From Massalongia carnosa (lineage: Eukaryota): 64,000 nt of DNA. The position numbers and the translations under genes are program-made. Positions 58,322 through 64,000 of the stretch are shown here, in pieces; within the stretch, counting starts at the first letter, position 1; every line of letters starts with the position of its first letter. Below the pieces are notes generated by a model, which was given only the letters and a program-made list of their open reading frames with translations, searched no databases and was not told where the DNA came from. The stretch spans positions 1,550,001 to 1,614,000 of the forward strand of contig OZ287068.1 of the NCBI GenBank assembly GCA_965645245.1, given 5' to 3'.

Positions 58322-59979
58322 TACAAAGCGGCTAATTCGTCAGTCGATTTTCGAACATTTAACGATATAACCATTTCACAATTTTCATCATTGGATTGAT
58401 GATTCTTGTTGCAATTCGCGCATTTGACGACGGCGTGTGCACAAGCAATTTTTGACTTGCATGTTGTGCATTCATGATTGCGTGTTTCATGGTTTTGCGC
58501 ACATATGCTGCATTTCGCTTGACTTTTGCATTGATAATGCTTGTGTCCAAATTTTTGACAATTAATGCATTGTGTGTTTGGACGAACGGAGGTAAATATT
58601 TCCGTGTCACAATGTCGGCCCGCGATATTGACTCCTTTTAACGCGTTCAAGGCCATATTTCGATCATTGAATGTCAAAACAACGGATGATTTGATCTTGT
58701 TATGACGATCACGTGCTAGCCATCTGGGAACATCGCATAATTGCATGTTCGAATTGAACTTTTGAATTTCGTCTTGCAAATATTGCATGTTTTCATCAAA
58801 TGTTGCAATATTTACACCGTGTGCGACGACTTTGAACCACGATTCGTCCTTTCGAACTGTTCGTGGGTCGAATAAATGCTCCCATATTGATTTATTGTTC
58901 AATAAATCTTCAGCAGTGTTATCAGGACTAGTAGTCAGAACGATGTTTTGACCCGTTTTGGACTTTTCGACCGTGTTAACAACGATAGTCAATTTCGCGT
59001 CTTTAAAAAGCGAATTGATTTGGTTTCGAAGCAACAGTGAATCGATATCGCCGATTTGAGCTTTCGGTGTGATTATCAATCGTCGAGATTTGATCGCCTT
59101 GAAATCGTCAGTATTATCGAATTTGTTCGCATTCGAATTATTGTTGTTGTTCTTGTTTGTTTTTTTGGATCGAGGAACGGTAGTCCAATTTTCGGAATTG
59201 ACAGTCGCTTTTCCGAGCATTTGGCTCCATGTTCTAGCTGTATCGTTGACCTGCGGCCCTGGGACTCCGGCGGTTTCGCTCCGAATTTCTGGGTTGACGT
59301 TTTTAGTCAAATTCGAATTTCCATTTGAATTTCCCTTCGATTTTGTCTGTATAGGATGCACCGATTGTCTCTTTGTTTCTGGAATTTGGCTAGTTTGTTC
59401 TAGCACCCTATTCAATTTCCAATCAATCATTTCTAACGTTGCTTTTGGCTTGATCGATTTCTTTGCCAGTAGAGAATTGACGTGATCGATGACCATAGCC
59501 GTTTCGGGGTTTTGATCTATTACGAATGACTCCAATAATGCATTTTTTGCCGTATTCAATAGTTGAATCGATTTTGATCGATTGATGACTTCTTGACTCT
59601 CAATCGAATGTTCGTCAAATGTTCGTCTTTTGTTGCGTTTAATTGGTGGACTCAGTCGAATATCAGAAATCAATGATGGCATGGGCAGATTGGTACTGAA
59701 TTCACCAGATGGCGCGACAAAAGGTTTCGTTTTTGGGGTGGGTGTGGACGGTGCGGACGAAAATTCTCGCGTTTGGTCCATGGCCTCCGTGGATTCTACG
59801 GTTAGGGGGTTGCTCCCAATTATCGCTACCGAAGATGGCGTGGGGGAGTCGGTTCGGGGGGGGCACGGGGGAGTACTCGGGGGGACCCATAGATGTTGTG
59901 GAGGGGGGCCTGGGGGAGGAGTTGTTGGTATCAATCGATTTGGTCTATGACCTATCGGGTTAAATCTTCGATTGAGCAT
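58321..59979 (-). CDS. LINE ORF1 (A2 type), 552 aa
   Basis: Open ORF, Pro-rich N-terminus, Cys/His knuckles, TAATG overlap. Confidence 0.94.
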   Translation of the reverse strand: MLNRRFNPIGHRPNRLIPTTPPPGPPPQHLWVPPSTPPCPPRTDSPTPSSVAIIGSNPLTVESTEAMDQTREFSSAPSTPTPKTKPFVAPSGEFSTNLPMPSLISDIRLSPPIKRNKRRTFDEHSIESQEVINRSKSIQLLNTAKNALLESFVIDQNPETAMVIDHVNSLLAKKSIKPKATLEMIDWKLNRVLEQTSQIPETKRQSVHPIQTKSKGNSNGNSNLTKNVNPEIRSETAGVPGPQVNDTARTWSQMLGKATVNSENWTTVPRSKKTNKNNNNNSNANKFDNTDDFKAIKSRRLIITPKAQIGDIDSLLLRNQINSLFKDAKLTIVVNTVEKSKTGQNIVLTTSPDNTAEDLLNNKSIWEHLFDPRTVRKDESWFKVVAHGVNIATFDENMQYLQDEIQKFNSNMQLCDVPRWLARDRHNKIKSSVVLTFNDRNMALNALKGVNIAGRHCDTEIFTSVRPNTQCINCQKFGHKHYQCKSQAKCSICAQNHETRNHECTTCKSKIACAHAVVKCANCNKNHQSNDENCEMVISLNVRKSTDELAAL

Positions 59980-62632
59980 AGTGTTTTTGCCTTTGCAATA
60001 TCCCTTTTATCGCCACCAAATAATTTATTCTGACTTTCCCCGGACGTACTAGTCAGAATAGAATTTACACCTGTTTGTTTACTGGTCAAATGACTCTTTC
60101 TTTCCTATCCCTATTTATTTGACTATAACGCGTCAAATAAATCCTAATCGGGTTAAAATAGACCGTTCCTCGCTAAGGCAGTAAGTCTTATTTAACCCTT
60201 TACCAGACACTACAATAGGTGAAAATAATGAAAGTTTTTTTTTTTGCTTTTTTCAATAAAGATAAATTTTAATGCAATGTAAGACAATAGGAGACTTCCT
60301 ATTCTGATTAATCTGAAACAGGACCTTTGGTATAATCCTATTCCAGACGTTTTTCCCCTTCTTTTCAGTGATCTGTTGACCGGCCGTTCAACGAAGATCT
60401 ATAAAGCCGAAAATGGAATTTGCAAAAATTATACGTGAAATATGCTATGAAAATTTGTGCATGCGGAAGTTCCCGTAACCTTAAATGAGGAATGAACTTT
60501 AGAAGACTCTGACGTCGCGACAGTTGTTGTACAGTCCCGCGAGAGTAGATAATTTTTGTAGATAATTTTTATAGTAATAATTGAAGGTCATGCGACAACA
60601 GAACAGAAGAAAACAAGAAAAAAGAGCGATTTTTGGTGAGGTTGTTGGTATTTGTTGTTTTTTCCAACTTCTAGAGCGCGCTTTATCACGTCGGTCGCGT
60701 GCGACCAGCAGAAAAACTCTGCTGGAGCTTTGCTAGAGCTCTCCTACACTCAATCTGTGAGCGTTTTAACTCTGGAGGAGCGCAAATGACTGAGAAATAG
60801 AGGCTCAATTGACTGTTAAAGTTATAGTGTATCAAAAGTTGCGGTACTTGTGTTTCTTGTTGTTCAGGCGTGAATATGAAAAACTATTTCAGAACCTACA
60901 AAATCAAATGATTCGAAAGATTTTAGGAACTTTCAAAACCACACCTATTCAGGCGATGGAAATTGAATCACATGTTTTACCAGTTAAACTTCGATTATTA
61001 ATGAGAAATCAAAAATACGCAATTCGATTATTGAAGATTGCCGAAAATAACCCTATTTGTCAAAGAATTCCAAACACATATTCGATAAAATTCGAAAATA
61101 TCGGTTTTGACACAAGTTTATGGAACAACAAATATGCCGAATGGAACGAAGACGAAAAACAAACAAATAAACGACATCCTAGTCAGCTTATTCGCGTTCT
61201 TCATTCCGTTTCCGATATAGTTCACAAAACTGATGAATTTGAACAATCAAATCATTTTATTAAACCTTGGAAATCGCCTTGCAAAATCAAATTTCAAATC
61301 GAAAATACAAAGGAATCTGCTAAATCAAGTTATTATTCGACTGTATCCAAAATTAAATCAATGAACTCCGATAAATCCCGAGTTTTACTTTATACAGATG
61401 GATCGAAAATCGAATTTGCAACGTCTGCAGTCACATTTGCGCCAGTTATAAGGAATTGGAGTAATATTATCAATAATTTTAATCGATTTATCGAAAAAGA
61501 TTGTCTGATCAAGTATCATACGATTTCGAAAAGCTGGAAATTAAGCAAAAAGTCAAGCATTAAAAATGCTGAACTGCATGCGATTTTACAAGCAATGAAA
61601 TGGGTCTATAAATTGTCGAATACTAATATTTTATCGAACTTAGAAAAAACGATTTGGATTTTTTCTGATAGTATAAACGCGATAAACGAAATTCAGAACT
61701 TGACAAATCATATTTTCGCCAGACAAATTCGAAAGCTCGCAAAAATCTTATTTGAAAGCAATTTTCAGGTGATTTTGCAATGGGTTCCGAGTCATTCAAA
61801 TATTACCGAAAACGAAATTGCAGACAAAATAGCAAAGACGGGCCATAATCAAATCCTAGTCGAGTCCTCGGCGGTAACATTTGATTATGTAAAAGATCAA
61901 ATAAATCAAAATATGCTAACCACATGGACGAATCAATGGCAACAATGCAAATCAAAAGGCAAATACTACGAGAAATTCGAAATGAAACCTGGCATATCGA
62001 GATTTTATTATTTATCAAACAACTGTTCCAAATTGATATTTGCTACTATTATGCAATTAAAATTCGGACACGGCTATTTTCGATCTTATTTACAGCGATT
62101 GATAGATTATAATTCGTCAAAATGCACAAATCGATGCAATCAACGACAAACGCCAGAACACTTGTTATTGAATTGCATTCACTATTTCGATGAAATTCAA
62201 AACATGAAACAAAATATCGATACTACCATCAACTTGAATATGTTGTTTAATACAAAAATCGGAAATGACATTTTGATTAAATTCATTGTCAATAACAAAA
62301 TCGCGACAAGAAAATGGATACTAGGTCAGCTTGATGACGAGATTTTCGAAACTGGAGGTTGGGGAGAGATCGAACAGTAAAATCAGAAACGATTTATGCT
62401 GAAACATTCACGAACTTACAAAGACAAATTTTAAAATCGATATTCTTCTATTACTATAGGTTGTTACTAACACGGAGTAAAAATGGGGAAAAATTGACAA
62501 TACATAGATGGGTTATAAAGGGTTGGTTTATTTGTAATATAGAAACATATCCTAAAATAGTTTAGTGTCATAACCTTAGGTTGAATACACTTAATGAATA
62601 AATAAAAAAATAAAAAAACATTGCATGCAGCC

Positions 62633-63816
62633 ATTAGATGTCGGCGTATTTCAGCCCTATAAACACTGGCATCAACAGGCTATTGAGGAGAATGTTGCAT
62701 CGTCATTTGTCGAGTATTTCCTGACTCGGTTTCTTCAGGATTTGATCAAAATTAGAAACTAGACATTCAAAGCTTCTACAATCCGACATGCATTTGAAAA
62801 TTCGGGAATCTGGCCGGTCAATCCAGAAGCATGCATTCGTCAGCTGAAACAATTCATTCTCGACAATTCTAGTCTGAACAATTCTGATCTGACTGATTAG
62901 CCCTCACTTCCTCTACCTCGTCAAATTCAACCTAGGGATATAGTCGACATAGAACATGGATTGCGTCAATGGGGGTCAAAAATTCAAGAATCTATGCAAT
63001 AAAGTGATCCCGCCCGAGCAGGGGAATTTGATTCTTTTATATCTGGTACGAAAGAGATCATTTCGAAGTCTATACTCGGACAAGCGGAGCTTGAAATATA
63101 TCAGCAGCAAAGAACGAATTAGCTAAACAGCAGACGAATATCTCGTAAAAGATTGAGACCTGAAATCGGAAGATAGGAATAACCGCTGAAGATGCGAAGC
63201 AAGCTATAGCCATGAAGCTACAAAAGATCAGGAAATTGAGAAGAAGAAGGAGAATAATAACTTCATGAAGCTGTGAAGAACGGAAAGAGATGAAATTCAT
63301 GTCAAAGGGGTGACTGCTCGAAAAGTAGAAAGGGATCGAGTCAAACGACTAAAAGAGATGCAGAAAGGGCTCGGTGCCATCTCAGTTGAGATGTATGAGG
63401 AGATTCCTGACCCCGAGGCATTATGGAAAGCGACGAATGAGGTGTGGATAGCTGAGGAAGCGAAAAAAGATGCCAAAAAGAATCCATCTGCAACTGCTCG
63501 TGCCAATGTTGAAGAAGACGTCACATTTATTGTAGATGAGACTGAAGCTAGAAATGGAGGCATTTCGAACATTTCGAACATTCCGGACATTCCAGAAGAA
63601 GAAGCATGGCTACGAGATGATTTTATGTCTTTCGATCCAGGTTTCCAATCGGGAGATGCTTCGACTTATGAGGGGGATGCGGGGTATGCGGGGTATCAGG
63701 AAGATCAGAATAATCAGGGTGGTCAGGGTGGTCAAGGGGGACAGGGGGGTCAGAGGGATGATTTTAATGACGGCTTTGATGATGACGATGCCTTTCGAGC
63801 TTTGTATGAAATTTAG
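62633..63816 (+). pseudogene. Fot1/pogo transposase C-terminal part with stops; acidic/GGQ-repeat tail
   Basis: Resumes (QP)LDVGVFQPYKHWH after the TSD, giving 35 residues between the 2nd and 3rd Asp. Confidence 0.88.
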
Positions 63817-64000
63817 AATCAATAAATCAATGTGGTTGAGGGTAAAAGGTGAAAAATGGTCAAAATTTCAGTTTGAATAGATGCAAATCGCTTTCCGGAT
63901 GCAAATCACTTTCCCCGACTAGGAGGCGACGGCCTCCGAGTCGGATCCTACTAAGCGAGCCGACGATTACAAGAATTCCCGTCGACGTCATGGAATTCCT

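Larger units (their letters stand above)
54074..60872 (-). mobile_element. Intact full-length A2-type Tad1-like LINE (L9)
   Basis: 13-bp TSD aatatgaaaaact at 54061-54073 and 60873-60885; both ORFs open. Confidence 0.97.
43093..62618 (+). mobile_element. Full-length A2-type LINE (L8), hosting Copia C2 and LINE L9
   Basis: 14-bp TSD cattgcatgcagcc at 43079-43092 and 62619-62632; ORF1 from 44026, ORF2 51555-54073 + 60886-62380; premature TAG at 51648-51650. Confidence 0.96.
34881..63967 (+). mobile_element. Fot1/pogo DD35D DNA transposon with 142-bp TIRs, carrying ~26.5 kb of nested inserts
   Basis: TA TSD at 34879-34880 and 63968-63969; left TIR = 34881-34892 + 41852-41981; right TIR 63826-63967. 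Confidence 0.92.
33887..64000 (+). mobile_element. piggyBac-family transposon (left end; continues past the window), interrupted by the Fot1 element
   Basis: Begins CCCTT after TTAT; transposase ORF from 34045 resumes in frame at 63970 after removing the Fot1 insert. Confidence 0.8.

Noticed and set aside
60809..62380. Chimeric ORFs starting in antisense LINE 5' UTR (also 7861-8358, 6829-7305, 32654-33004), ORF0-like
   Set aside because: Short stop-free extensions across insertion junctions, two with TTG starts; expected by chance, no expression evidence
457..63880. Numerous 60-160 aa ORFs overlapping or antisense to TE genes, often recurring
   Set aside because: Shadow frames of repeated TE sequence; they recur only because the elements do

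Overview
This window is eukaryotic (filamentous-ascomycete type) DNA made almost entirely of nested transposable elements; I found no host gene. It is dominated by about 13 pieces of Tad1-clade LINEs (ORF1 with CCHC knuckles; ORF2 = APE-RT-RNase H-Zn knuckle; ORFs joined by TAATG) in three ORF1 subfamilies, including one fully intact copy (54074-60872). It also holds two Ty1/Copia copies, a chromodomain Ty3/Gypsy element plus its solo LTR, two unrelated solo-LTR-like inserts, a Fot1/pogo DD35D transposon, a Tigger/CENP-B-like transposon end and a piggyBac. The right half (33763-64000) can be unpeeled by target-site duplications into a five-level nest. The left ~23 kb has many unpaired junctions, inversions and a 1.4 kb orphan segment. 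The signals most worth a second look are: four copies of a structurally covarying T-loop/B-box three-way-junction motif in the orphan segment (18139-18878); full-length LINEs whose 5' extensions are snippets of other LINE subfamilies; a covarying RNA structure upstream of LINE ORF1; a six-unit stem-loop array in the Copia leader; and Tf1-type self-priming in the Gypsy. Near-identical neighbouring copies with open ORFs suggest a RIP-deficient fungus (powdery-mildew-like; inference only). All alignments were done by eye, so unpaired junction coordinates may be off by a few bases.
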